Below, in pieces: positions 53,864-64,000 of a stretch of DNA of 64,000 bases. Every line of letters begins with the position of its first letter. The stretch's first letter is position 1. The notes beneath the pieces were generated by a model that was not told where the DNA came from, did no database searches, and saw only the letters and a program-made list of their open reading frames with translations. The translations under genes were made by a program, and so were the position numbers. The DNA is from an uncultured delta proteobacterium (lineage in GTDB: Bacteria > Myxococcota > Myxococcia > Myxococcales > Myxococcaceae): the NCBI GenBank assembly GCA_963771175.1, contig CAVYSY010000056.1:64001-128000 (forward strand). Direction: 5' to 3'.

Positions 53864-54115
53864 GGTGTGACTCCCAGACGGGGCGATTCCCCAGAACGGA
53901 CGAGGGGCCCCTGCCCTCGTGCTTCCCCGGGCGGACACACACCCGGCCCTCTCATGCAGGGACGAAGTATCCGCAACCCCAGCAATCCCGACGATCCCCC
54001 CTCGTGCTTTCCGGGCCGAGAAGGGCGCTCAGCGTCAGAGGCTCAACAGTGCGCCCCTGTCCCCGGCCCCGAGCCAGGTGGCGTGAGGCCTTGCTCGCTC
54101 CTGGCCGGCTCTAAA

Positions 54116-54832
54116 TCAAGGCGTCCAAAAGAGGGTGAGGAAGGGCTTGTGGCGCCGGAACGCGGTCACCAGCGCGGTGAACGCGGTCCGCGCGGCGGGC
54201 GCCACGGAGGCGTCGAGCCTCAGGTCGCACCTGCGCCACACGACAACCGCGGGCTCGCGGGCTCGCGCACGCCACGTCTCGAGCGCGTCGTCCAGGCAGG
54301 ACGGCCAGTCCACCGGGCCGAGGGGGCGCCGCAGAGGGAGGTCCACTTCGACGCACAGCCAGCGCACGAAGTCGGCCACGTCGGTGATGGGGGCGCTCGG
54401 CGCGAACGTGAGCAGGCGGTAGCGTGCGGCGTCCGCCGGCGCCGGGCGCAGCAGCACCCGCTCGACAGAAAGGCAGGCGCCACCCACATTGTCACAGTCA
54501 GCGACGAGCGTGCCCAGCAGGTGCCCGGCGGCACAGGCGAGGTTGGGGCCGGAGCGACCGCTGGGCCCGCAGCACCCGTCGGCCTCTCCCACGAAGGAGA
54601 CGCCCTGCAGGCTGTCGTTCGCGACGAGCCACCCGCCGGAGAAAGCCTCGAGCCCCGGCAGCGGTTGCTCCTGGGGTGGGACGAAGAAGCCCGCGGGAAT
54701 GGCTGGCCAGCCCGCCGCGGGCCGCACCAGGTCGGACGGCACGGAGAGTTCCTCCAGCGCTCCGGAGAGGGGGGACTCACACCGGGCGCACTGGAACTGC
54801 CAGCTCGAGTCTGACTTGGGACTCGACATCAT
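54116..54832 (-). CDS. Hypothetical Cys-motif (putative zinc-binding) protein
   Basis: CARC, GCCGPSG..GPNLAC..GH...DC motifs. Confidence 0.6.
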   Translation of the reverse strand: MMSSPKSDSSWQFQCARCESPLSGALEELSVPSDLVRPAAGWPAIPAGFFVPPQEQPLPGLEAFSGGWLVANDSLQGVSFVGEADGCCGPSGRSGPNLACAAGHLLGTLVADCDNVGGACLSVERVLLRPAPADAARYRLLTFAPSAPITDVADFVRWLCVEVDLPLRRPLGPVDWPSCLDDALETWRARAREPAVVVWRRCDLRLDASVAPAARTAFTALVTAFRRHKPFLTLFWTP

Positions 54833-54954
54833 AGAGGTCTCCTCACACGACATTCCCCGAGAGGGTGTCAAAGAATTTGAGCAGCACGACCCGGCACGAC
54901 ACGCGGCGGGAAATGGCTCTTCTGTAGCACCCGTCCACGCCGAGTCTCGTGCGG

Positions 54955-56571
54955 CTACCCGTCCTTCTCGCACAGCACGTTGAGCAGGACGTGCCGCTTG
55001 CCGGTGCGCACCAGCTCGAGCGCCTCGCGCAGCTTCCCGGGCAGCTCGGCCGGAGTCTCCGCGCGCAGACCGATTCCGCCGCAGGCCTCCGCCACCTTCT
55101 CGTAGTCCACCGGGGTGGCGAAGTCCGTCAGGGCGAAGCGCCCCTTGCGCACGCTCGTGCCCTCGGTGCTCCAGCCCTGGTCGTTGAAGACGATGACGAG
55201 GACGGGCAGCCCCTCGGCCGCCGCCACCGAGTGCGCGGACAGCGGCGTGTTGAAGAGGTACGAGCCAGCCCCCACCGTCACCACCATGGTGCGCTCGGGC
55301 GCCGCCAGCTTCGCGCCCAGCGCCGCCCCGAGCGACCAGCCCAGGCCGTTCGCGCACGAGTTCTCGAACCACGAGTCCGGCCGGCGCCTCGGCACCATCA
55401 GCGGGTCCAGGTCGCCCTCATTGAAGAGGACCACGTCGTCCTCCACGAGCTGGCCGATGACCCTCGACAGATGGGCCTTGGTGATGCGCGGCGCACTGGC
55501 GGCCTGCTCGGCCGTCTCGCGCGCCGTGCCGAACGTCCGCTCGTGCAACTGCGCCAGCTCGATCACCACCTCGCCCGTGCGACCCAGGCGCTCGGCGAGG
55601 GCTCGCAGCGTGGCGGCCGGGTCTCCCGCCAGCGACAGGTCCGAGGGGAACCCGCGGAACGGAATGTCCGAGAAGAGCGGATCCACGCCAATCTGGATGA
55701 CCCGCGTCGAGGCCGAGGGATTCCCGGACGAGGGACTCCACGGCACCGGGCACTCCACCGCGAGGATGAGGTCCGCGTCGCGCACGTGGGGCGAGGGGTC
55801 GAACCCGAGGTGGTGCGGGTGCTCGGTGGGGAAGTTGTAGAAGTTGCGCTTGCCGTGCTCGATGACGCCGATGCCCGCGCGCTCGGAGAGGGATTGGAGG
55901 GCCTCGGGGCCGCCCATGTGCCGCCCGAGGTCCGCGGTGATGATGAGCGGCCGGCGCGCCTCGCGCAGCCACTGCATGGCGAGCTCCAGCGACGTCTCGT
56001 CCGGGAACGAGGGCCGAGAGGGCGTCTGCCGGGCCCGGGGAGATAGCGCGGCCGGGGCCGCCGTCTCACACAGCGGCTCCTTGGGGAGCGAGAGGTACAC
56101 GGGGCCCGCGGGGTCGCTCGCGGCGATGGCCAGCGCCCGGTCCACCACCGCCTCCAACGAGTGGGGGCCCTTCAGCTCGTAGTCCCACTTGGTGAACTCC
56201 CCGTCCTCGTACCAGGGGGTGCGGCCCGCCATGACCAGCATGGGCACGCGGGCGCGCCGCGCGTTGATGAGCCCCATGCCGATGTTCGCCGTGCCCACGT
56301 TCACGTGCACCATCACCGCCTGCGGCTTGCGCGACAGCAGCGCGTGTCCGTGGGCCATGACCACCGTGGTGCTCTCATGCGGGCACTGCACGACGCGCAG
56401 CGCGAAACCCGGGGCATCCTCCAGCCGCGCCAACCCATCGATGATGGGCGTGAAGTCCGTGCCCGAGTTGGCGAACAGCACCTCCACCCCGCGCAGGGAC
56501 AGCAGGCGCAGGAGCCGTTGCGCCGTGGTCTCCGCGGGCGCGGCGGCCAACAAACCTCTCTCGTTGCTCAT
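54955..56571 (-). CDS. Thiamine-diphosphate-dependent enzyme (acetolactate synthase/decarboxylase superfamily), possibly degenerate
   Basis: FANSGTDF, PHE, HVNVGTAN, GPVYLSLP, LGWSLGAALG; ThDP motif reads GAGS instead of GDGS. Confidence 0.82.
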   Translation of the reverse strand: MSNERGLLAAAPAETTAQRLLRLLSLRGVEVLFANSGTDFTPIIDGLARLEDAPGFALRVVQCPHESTTVVMAHGHALLSRKPQAVMVHVNVGTANIGMGLINARRARVPMLVMAGRTPWYEDGEFTKWDYELKGPHSLEAVVDRALAIAASDPAGPVYLSLPKEPLCETAAPAALSPRARQTPSRPSFPDETSLELAMQWLREARRPLIITADLGRHMGGPEALQSLSERAGIGVIEHGKRNFYNFPTEHPHHLGFDPSPHVRDADLILAVECPVPWSPSSGNPSASTRVIQIGVDPLFSDIPFRGFPSDLSLAGDPAATLRALAERLGRTGEVVIELAQLHERTFGTARETAEQAASAPRITKAHLSRVIGQLVEDDVVLFNEGDLDPLMVPRRRPDSWFENSCANGLGWSLGAALGAKLAAPERTMVVTVGAGSYLFNTPLSAHSVAAAEGLPVLVIVFNDQGWSTEGTSVRKGRFALTDFATPVDYEKVAEACGGIGLRAETPAELPGKLREALELVRTGKRHVLLNVLCEKDG

Positions 56572-56954
56572 GACTCTCCCACTCGGGCGATGAGGGCCAG
56601 GGTGCTCGGAGCGGTGAAGCGAGGACGGAGGACAGCACGCAGCGCGAGTAGCGCGTGTCGCCACACGGACGCGCGCATGGTGCCGCCATGTTCCACCGCG
56701 ACCCCGATTCCATTCCAGACGCCCCATGCTCGCTCACGCACAAAGAACGCTCAACGTCTGGTTCTTCACTAAAATCAACTCCATCTCCGGCGCTGCGGGG
56801 CGCGTCGAGGTGGATGATGCGCTCGTTCACAGAGCGTTGCCCCTCGGGGACATCCAACCATGGAGGCGAGCCGTCGTTCCCGCCCACTGGCCGATGTCCC
56901 TCCGCTGGCGTGAGCACGACATTGCCGGAGTCCTGAACCAGAGGGGGGACACAC

Positions 56955-58271
56955 ATGGAGAGACGAAACACCTTCACGGGGCTCCGTTGGGCCCTGGTGT
57001 TTGGAGCGTTGCTGGCCGCCTGCGGACCCGTGCCCGATACCGAAGCACCGGAGGACGAGGTCGCCCAGGAGGAGTCCACCGAAGCCACCGCGCAGAGGAG
57101 AGCGCCCACGCCCTCCGCGGATCCACTGCCTCTCGCGCTCTCGGGCCCGGCCGTGGCCTACGGCGGGGGCAAGTTCCTGGTGGCGTGGTGGGACGTGCGG
57201 GAGGGCGGCGTCTACGCCACGCGCTTGAGGCCGGATGGCACGCTCGTCGATCCGGAGGGCATCCGGCTCAACATCGGCACCGAGGCCGGCGGGCCTCCCT
57301 CCATCGCCTATGACGGCAAGCAATTCGTCGTCGTCTGGGACGCGGGGGACACCATCGACGGCGTGCGCGTGAGGCCGGATGGCGAGGTGGTGGGGCCCGT
57401 CTTCACCGTCCTCAGATCGGACGAGTTCTTCGGCCCGGTCGACATCGCATGCTCCTCGAAGCTCTGCCTCGTCACCTTCTCGGTGGAGAGCGACGAGGGC
57501 AGCGTCATCAACGCCCGACGGGTGACCACAGGCGGCGTGGTGCTCCCCGAGCTCGTCAGAGGAATCACCACTGGAGCCAGGCTCGTGGGGGAGTCGACGG
57601 TGGCCTGGAACGGAAAGAACTTCCTCATCGCCTGGACCGACTCGCGTGGCGGAGAGGCAACGCCCGACATCTACGGCGCCCGGGTGAAGACGGATGGCAC
57701 GGTGCTGGACCCCGGCGGATTCCCCATCTCCGAGGCAGCCGGCGAGCAGCGCACTCCGGACGTCGTCTGGACGGGGCGGCGCTTCCTCGTCGTCTGGTCC
57801 GACGGCCGCGGCGGGGACCGGGACATCTTCGGAGCGCGCGTGCACTCCAGCGGGCGCGTGGACGACCCGGAGGGCGTGCCCATCGCCACCGGAACGGGGG
57901 ACCAGCTCTTCCCGGCCGTCGCCCACCACAACTCGAAGTCCCTCGTCGTCTGGCAGAGCGACATCGGCGGCTTGAGTCGCATCCGGGGCGCGCGCATCCA
58001 CGAGGATGGGACCGTGATGGATCCGGGCGCATTCGCCATCTCCAGCAGCGACTTCGATCGCGAGACCCTTCCGGACGTGGCCTACGGTGGAGGGCTCTTC
58101 CTGACGGCCTTCTCGGGCTCGGATTCGGAGGACCCCTCGGTGCCCGCGTTCATCCTCAGCGCGCGGGTGAACCACCAGACCCGCCTGCTGGACCTGAACA
58201 CCCTCACCCGCTCGTCCTCGCCGCCTCCGGTGAGCACGAGCGCACCGGCCCGACTCACGCCACTGCGGTGA
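56955..58271 (+). CDS. Lipoprotein with ~50-aa internal repeats
   Basis: Lipobox LLAAC; repeated P.VA..G..FLVVW.D.RG...DIYGARV...G.V.DP.G..I units. Confidence 0.8.
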   Translation: MERRNTFTGLRWALVFGALLAACGPVPDTEAPEDEVAQEESTEATAQRRAPTPSADPLPLALSGPAVAYGGGKFLVAWWDVREGGVYATRLRPDGTLVDPEGIRLNIGTEAGGPPSIAYDGKQFVVVWDAGDTIDGVRVRPDGEVVGPVFTVLRSDEFFGPVDIACSSKLCLVTFSVESDEGSVINARRVTTGGVVLPELVRGITTGARLVGESTVAWNGKNFLIAWTDSRGGEATPDIYGARVKTDGTVLDPGGFPISEAAGEQRTPDVVWTGRRFLVVWSDGRGGDRDIFGARVHSSGRVDDPEGVPIATGTGDQLFPAVAHHNSKSLVVWQSDIGGLSRIRGARIHEDGTVMDPGAFAISSSDFDRETLPDVAYGGGLFLTAFSGSDSEDPSVPAFILSARVNHQTRLLDLNTLTRSSSPPPVSTSAPARLTPLR

Positions 58272-58364
58272 GCCCGGACTGAAGCTTCACCCCCGGGGCC
58301 GCTGCCCACCCGCTCGAGGGAGCGGCCCTGGCGCCCAGGACCAACACTGGAAGCGCAAGCGGGT

Positions 58365-60100
58365 GGATGAGGCGGGACTTGCCAATACCAGCCTCGCCGC
58401 GCAGCAGGACGAACGAGCCCCGCCCCTCCCGGGCCTCGTCCCAGAGCGTCAGGAGTCGCCGCAGCTCGGGCTCCCGTCCCACCAATGGCGTGAGCCCACC
58501 GGTCACGAGAGTCAGGTCGAACCGGACCCGGACCTCCCGCTCTCGCGCACGACACGGTGGACGGGCAGGAGTGTCAATCCCGTCAGGCCCTTGAAGGCAC
58601 GCGGTTCGAGGGCCTCCGTCTCGAAGGCCCCGCGCACCTGCCTCCAGGTCGTCTCGCCCAGGCGCACCTCCCCGGGCCTCGCGTGGCGCGAGAGCCAGGA
58701 CACCACCCGCGTGGCCTCGCCCTGCAAGGCGCTCCCGTCCAGGAGCAGGATGCCCGTGTGGAGACCCACCTTCGCTCCCAGCCCCGAGAGGGACAGGTGC
58801 GGCAGCCGCTCCTGGAGCAGCTCCGGCATGCCGTGGCTCAGGTGCAGCGCCGCGCGCACCGCACGCTCCGCGTCATCCTCGCGCACCTGTGGGCAACCGA
58901 AGCAGGCCATCACCTCGCCCGCCACGTACAGGCTCACCTTGCCGCCGTGCCGCCGGATGACCTCCTCACAGCCCTGCTGGAAGGCCGCCTCCACCTCCGC
59001 CAGCTCCTCGGCATCCAGCCGCCCCGCCATTCTCGGGAGGCCCGTGAGCTGACAGGAGAGCAGCACCAGGCGCTGACGCCGCGGAATCACCGGCCCGGAT
59101 TCCTCGAACCCGGGCCCGACGAGGCGCGACCGCAGCTCGTTCAGCTCCCACCGGAGCTGTCGCGCCGAAGGGAGGCGCCGGGCCGGGTCCTTGGCCAGGG
59201 CGGTGGCCAACAGCACGTCCACCTCCGGCGGCACCTCCGGGTTGCGCACGCGCACCGAGGGCACCGGCGCCTCCGAGGTCACCCGCTCGCGCAGCTCCGC
59301 CAGCGTCGCCCCCGAGAAGGGCACCCCGCCCGTGAGCATCTCGTACAGCACCACGCCCGCGGCCCAGACGTCCGTGCGCGCATCCTGCGCCTCGCCCCGC
59401 CACTGCTCCGGCGCCATATAGGCCGGAGTCCCCGCCGAGGGCAGCCGCGGCGCGCTCGTGGCGCTGGCCGCCATGCAGATGCGACAGGCCGAAGTCCAGC
59501 AGCTTCACCGTCCCCTGGCGGGTGAGGAAGACATTGCCCGGCTTGAGGTCGCGGTGGACGATGCGCCGCTCGTGCGCGTGCGCCAGGCCCGCGGCGATGC
59601 CGTCCAGCACCTCCAGCGCGCGCCGCACTTCCAGCCGTCCGCGCTTCAGCAGCGCGCCGAGCGACTGGCCCTCCAGGCACTCCATCACCAGGAAGGGGAC
59701 TCCCGGCTCGTACGGGAATGCCCACCCAATCGGACACGTCGAAGATGCGGACGATGTTCTTGTGGTCCAGCCGGGCCACCGCCCGCGCCTCCCTCAGCGC
59801 CTCCTCCTCGAAGCCCGCCCGGGGCAGGAGGAACTTGAGCGCCACCTCGCGGTGCAGCGTCCTGTCGGTCGCGCGGAAGACCTGGCCCATGCCCCCGCCG
59901 CCCATCCATTCGAGGACATGGTACCTGCGGCCATCCGGACCCCCGAGCCACTCCCCGGGAATCGGCAGCAGCGGCAACGGCTCGTCCTGGCGCAGCTTCC
60001 GAAGGAAGGAGTCCTCGAGGTCCGAGGCTCCCCAGGAGGCACGCCCCGCGCTCGGGGGTACTCCCCCGTGCTCGCCCTCCCGGCTGGCATTCCGGCTCAT
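58365..60100 (-). pseudogene. Truncated Ser/Thr kinase - adenylate/guanylate cyclase-like - AAA ATPase fusion
   Basis: GGGGMGQVF, VALK, HRDLKPGN, DFG, GTPAYMAPE; cyclase-like EDDAERAVRAAL; LVGREPEL and GEAGIGKSRL, after which homology ends; frameshifts near 59713, 59476 and 58540. Confidence 0.8.
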
Positions 60101-60187
60101 CTCGCGCTCCCCTCTGGCTCCACTGCTTCAACCCTGGAGGGAGTGGCGAGGCCGAAGTTGTGAGCCCGGGAGAACGCGGGGAACGCT

Positions 60188-61186
60188 TCAGTGCCGAGTG
60201 ACGCCCGGAGCGGGGGCCAGCATCCGGGGGCCCAGTCGGTCCCGGTTGTGCGGTGCCAGCAGGTCCACCGCGGGCCCCATCGGGATGATGCGCGAGGGGT
60301 TCACCGTGTCCTGGCTCCAGAAGTAGTGCACCTTGATGTGCTCGACGTTCGTCGTCTCCGCGAAGCCAGGCGTCTGGTACAGGTCCAGCAGGTAGTTCCA
60401 CAGGTTGGGATAGTCCTGCAGCCGCGACAGGTTGCACTTGAAGTGCGAGTAGTAGACGAAGTCGAAGCGCACCAGCGTCGTATAGAAGCAGAGGTCCGCC
60501 TCGGTGAGCACCTCGCCGCACAGGTAGCGCCGCCGGTCCAGCACCTGCTCCCAGTGCTCCAGCGCGGTGAAGAGCTCCCGGCACGCCAATTCGTAGGCGC
60601 CCTGGCTCGTCGCGAAGCCCGCCTTGTACACGCCGTTGTTCACCGGCTCGTAGAGCGCGTCGATGGTCTCGTCCACCTGCTCGCGCAGGCCCTCGGGCCA
60701 CAGCGTCACCGGGTGCTCCGCGAAGGCGTCGAACTCGGTGTCCAGCATCCGCATCAGCTCGCGCGACTCGTTGTTCACGATGGTCCGCTCGCGCGCGTCC
60801 CACAGCACCGGCACCGTCACCCGCCCCGAGTAGTGCGGGTCCGCTCGTTGGTAGAGCTCCCGCAGGTAGTGCGCCCCGTTGAGCTTGTCCTCGTCCGAGC
60901 GCGGATAGCCTCCAAATCTCCAGCCCTCGCGCCCCATGCGCGGGTCCACCACCACCACGCCCACCGCCGCATCCAGCCCCTTCAGCTTGCGCATGAGGAG
61001 CGTGCGGCTCGCCCACGGACAGGCATAGGAGACATAGAGATGGTAGCGGCCCGCCTCCGCCGGGAAGCGCCCTTCCCCGCGCGCGGAGACCCGTTCATGG
61101 AAGCGCGTTCGCGGACGCACGAAGCGTCCGGCCTCGTCCGGGACGTACCAGTCCGTACGCCACTCTCCGTCCACCAGCATTCCCAC
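60188..61186 (-). CDS. yqjG: Glutathionyl-hydroquinone reductase-type glutathione S-transferase
   Basis: MGMLVDGEW, RYHLYVSYACPWA, VTVPVLWD, VNNES, NNGVYKAGFA, RFD.VY..HFKCN. Confidence 0.9.
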   Translation of the reverse strand: MGMLVDGEWRTDWYVPDEAGRFVRPRTRFHERVSARGEGRFPAEAGRYHLYVSYACPWASRTLLMRKLKGLDAAVGVVVVDPRMGREGWRFGGYPRSDEDKLNGAHYLRELYQRADPHYSGRVTVPVLWDARERTIVNNESRELMRMLDTEFDAFAEHPVTLWPEGLREQVDETIDALYEPVNNGVYKAGFATSQGAYELACRELFTALEHWEQVLDRRRYLCGEVLTEADLCFYTTLVRFDFVYYSHFKCNLSRLQDYPNLWNYLLDLYQTPGFAETTNVEHIKVHYFWSQDTVNPSRIIPMGPAVDLLAPHNRDRLGPRMLAPAPGVTRH

Positions 61187-61284
61187 GAGAGCTCACCTCC
61201 GGTTGGGGAACGTTCGACACGTCGCGCCACGAGGACAACCACCCAGGCAGGCGGAGGAGCGGAGTCCACGCCGCACGCCAGCCC

Positions 61285-64000
61285 TCAAGGTTCGGCGGAA
61301 GATAGCCGGGGCGCCAGTCCCGGTCCGCTCGCCTGGAGTGCTTCCAGGAGCGCCCGCGCCTCCTCCGGTTGCTCCAGTTCCCGCAGCAGGCGGCTCAGGC
61401 TCTCCGTCACGCGCAGCTCGACGAGGCCGAGCCCCCGCTGACGGGCGAGCGCGAGGGCCAGGAGGAAGTGGGGCTTCGCCTCATGCGCCCGTCCATCCGC
61501 CCACAGCAGTTCTCCGTGCAGGTGGTGCAGCTCGACCTCGCTGTCGCGCTCTCCCGTGGCGTCCACCCCCGCCAGGGCCTCGTGCACCACGGCCAGTCCT
61601 TCCCGGACCCTCCCCAGCGTCAGGAGACTCTCCGCGAGCAGGTAGCCTTGAAAGGGCAACATGCTCCGAAAACCCAGGCTCCTCCAGTCGTCGATTCCCC
61701 GCCGGATGAGCACGAGCCCCTCCCGAGGCCGCCCCAGCCCGGACAGGCACCAGCCCTGGATGAGCCCCGCATAGGCCCGCAGCATCCCGTTGCCCTGCTC
61801 ACGGGAGAGCTCGATGCTCCGCTCCACCCGCTCCAGGGCTTCCCCCAGCTCGCCGCGGATGCGACAGCTCATGGCCGTGTAGAACAGCACGAGGCCCAAG
61901 GTCTGGGGATGGACGATGCGCTCGATCCATTCCACCGCCTCGCGGCCATACCGCCGGGCCTTGTCGACCTGGCCGAGCACCGAATAGATGACGGACGCGA
62001 AGGCCAGCGTCGCCGACCTGGGCTCAAGCCCCTGTCGTGTGGCCAATCGCCGGAGCTGCTCGAGCTCGAGCGGCAGGGAGGCCAGCACGCGCTCGGCGTG
62101 CTCGGCGGCGGCTCGCATCTGGCCGTAGGACACGAGGCTGCTGGTCATCATCCGGTGGCCCATGGAGAGCAACTCCTGGCTGTGCTGCCGCTCCCCCATG
62201 TCCACGAGCAGCCCTCCCAGCTCCAACGTCCGCTGAAACTCCGCCCCCACGAAGGCGTGGACCTGGAGGGACACGAAGCACAGCTCGGTTCGCGGCAACT
62301 CCTCGCCCACCTGGATGAAGAGTTCGCGGATCCGGGAGCACAGGCGCTCCATCTCGGGCGAGCCGTAGCCGTGCTGGTACGCCAGCGGGACGCCCAGGGC
62401 CATCAGGAGCTGCAACTCCTCGCGGAGGCGCCGCTCCGCATCCGGCAGGCCCGGCAACAGCTTCAAGGCCAGGGTGAGATGGTTCAGCGCTTCCCGGTAC
62501 GCCATGCGCTGGTTGGCGAGCTGCCCCGCCCGGAACCGGTAGCGGATGGCGGGCTCGACCTCCCCCGCCTCCGTGTAGTGGTGCGCGAGCATCTCCGGCT
62601 TCTTCTTCACCAGGTGGGGAAAGTGTTCCTCCAGGACTCGCGCGATATGCCGGTGGTGTTGCCGCCGCGTGCTCCGGGACAGGGACTGATACGCCGCGTC
62701 CTGGATGAGCGCGTGACGGAACTGGTACCCGGGCCCCTTATCCGCGCACGGCTCCGCTTGGAGCAGCCCCGCATCCACCAACCCGGCGAGCTCGCGCCCC
62801 AGCACATCGTCCTCCAGGTCCATCAGCGCGGCGATCAGCGCCCTCGGGAAGTCGCGCCCCACCACCGCGCAGAGCTGGGCCAGGGCCCTCTGGCGCGAGG
62901 GCAGCAGGTCCAGCCTCGCCAGCAGCAGCTCGTGCAGGGTGACCGGGATGGACGCCTCCGCCCCGCCCTCCAGCACCATGCGCGTCATCTCCTCGATGAA
63001 GAGCGGAATCCCGTCCGTCCTGCTCACCAGCCGCTGGACCGTCTCGTCCGGCAGCTCGCGGCCCTGGGCCACTTCCTTCACCAGCATCGCGGCGAGTCCG
63101 GCCGGCAGCCGCTCCAAGGCAAGCCGGTGGAACCAGGGATGCCGAGGCCAGTCCGGCTGCAGCTCCGGGCGGGAGCTCAGGACGACGAGGAGCCGCTCCT
63201 TCTCGATGCGCTCCAGGAGGAAGCCGAGGAACTCCAGCTCGAGGGAGTCGACCCAGTGCAGGTCCTCCACGACCAGCAGCACCGGCGCCTCACAACAGTG
63301 CCTGTGCAGGAGGATGCGCGCCAGCGCCTCGAAGATGCGCTCCTTGCGCCGCTCGGGCGTGAGGTGGTGCACCGGAGAGTCCTCGGGCACGGGCAGGGAC
63401 AAGAGCTGGCCCATCAGGTGCGTGTCCTCCGTGGACAGCCCCAGCTCCCCGAGCCGCTCCTCCAACTTCCGCAGACGCTGGTGCGGGGAGTCCTCCGGAC
63501 TGAACCGGGCCACGTCCTGGAGCAGCGCGATGGCCGGGTGCAGGGCGTGGGTGCTGAACCGGGACCAACACTGCACGCGCAGCAGCAGGGCCGACTCCGG
63601 TGCCACGCGCTCGCACAGCTCCTCGATGAGGCGGGACTTGCCGATCCCCGCCTCGCCACTCACCAGGACGAAGGACCCCTGCCCGCGCCACGCCCGCTCC
63701 CAGGGCTCCAGGAGCTGTGCCAGCTCAGACTCCCGCCCCACCAGCGGCAAGAGGCGCCCGGTCACGAGTGACTGATCGAACCGGGAGGTCACCCTCCGCT
63801 CGCCCAGCACGCCATGGGCCTCCAGGCGCAGGCTCCCCGAGAGGCCCTCGAAGACACGGGACCCGAGCGATGCGGTGAGGAAGGCTCCGCGCACGAGCTG
63901 CCAGGTCGTCTCACCGAGGAGCACGCCCCCGGGCCCGGCCTGTCGCGCGAGCCACTCGGCCACCCTCGGGGCCTCGCCCTGGACGGCCAGCCTTCCGCCG
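61285..64000 (-). CDS. C-terminal part of a (kinase)/cyclase/AAA ATPase/TPR fusion protein; 5' end outside window
   Basis: LVGRESEL, GEAGIGKS, LLVVEDLHW, DGIPLFIEE, YQFRHALIQDAAY, helical TPR-like tail. Confidence 0.88.
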   Translation of the reverse strand, partial: GGRLAVQGEAPRVAEWLARQAGPGGVLLGETTWQLVRGAFLTASLGSRVFEGLSGSLRLEAHGVLGERRVTSRFDQSLVTGRLLPLVGRESELAQLLEPWERAWRGQGSFVLVSGEAGIGKSRLIEELCERVAPESALLLRVQCWSRFSTHALHPAIALLQDVARFSPEDSPHQRLRKLEERLGELGLSTEDTHLMGQLLSLPVPEDSPVHHLTPERRKERIFEALARILLHRHCCEAPVLLVVEDLHWVDSLELEFLGFLLERIEKERLLVVLSSRPELQPDWPRHPWFHRLALERLPAGLAAMLVKEVAQGRELPDETVQRLVSRTDGIPLFIEEMTRMVLEGGAEASIPVTLHELLLARLDLLPSRQRALAQLCAVVGRDFPRALIAALMDLEDDVLGRELAGLVDAGLLQAEPCADKGPGYQFRHALIQDAAYQSLSRSTRRQHHRHIARVLEEHFPHLVKKKPEMLAHHYTEAGEVEPAIRYRFRAGQLANQRMAYREALNHLTLALKLLPGLPDAERRLREELQLLMALGVPLAYQHGYGSPEMERLCSRIRELFIQVGEELPRTELCFVSLQVHAFVGAEFQRTLELGGLLVDMGERQHSQELLSMGHRMMTSSLVSYGQMRAAAEHAERVLASLPLELEQLRRLATRQGLEPRSATLAFASVIYSVLGQVDKARRYGREAVEWIERIVHPQTLGLVLFYTAMSCRIRGELGEALERVERSIELSREQGNGMLRAYAGLIQGWCLSGLGRPREGLVLIRRGIDDWRSLGFRSMLPFQGYLLAESLLTLGRVREGLAVVHEALAGVDATGERDSEVELHHLHGELLWADGRAHEAKPHFLLALALARQRGLGLVELRVTESLSRLLRELEQPEEARALLEALQASGPGLAPRLSSAEP

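Noticed and set aside
53910..54020. Short repeat CCCTCGTGCTT(C/T)CC at ~53914 and ~53999
   Set aside because: Two short imperfect copies in GC-rich DNA; insufficient support for a function

Overview
GC-rich chromosomal window from a myxobacterium, most likely Myxococcales/Cystobacterineae (inferred from popC-popD, DUF2381, an M57 metallopeptidase and kinase/cyclase/AAA fusions). Left to right: an M57 protease with an unannotated 52-aa secreted Cys-rich micropeptide; alanine racemase; a DUF2381 / 56-aa Cys-rich peptide / Cys-rich anchored protein cassette; an ~11-kb ester/acyl metabolism region (three alpha/beta hydrolases, beta-barrel, lipoprotein, acyl-CoA ligase, a KAS III lacking its His/Asn catalytic residues, TetR, SDR) with a shared 21-bp palindrome at both ends; popCD; lgt, methyltransferase, GNAT and hydrolase; a tandem duplication of a galactose-oxidase-like copper radical oxidase; a V4R-like gene and four sensor kinases around a Gre-like gene; a VWA + membrane protein pair; a palindromic repeat element; DUF5916 outer-membrane protein; orphan AbiEi; lipoprotein; AsmA; an ABC/AAA ATPase + TOPRIM-like (DUF4276) pair; an apparently degenerate ThDP enzyme; a repeat lipoprotein; and two kinase/cyclase/AAA paralogues flanking a GST. 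No rRNA, tRNA, CRISPR array or transposase was recognised. About 15 frameshifts, almost all +1 insertions, suggest sequencing or assembly error rather than true pseudogenes. All family assignments come from motif recognition by eye, not database searches.
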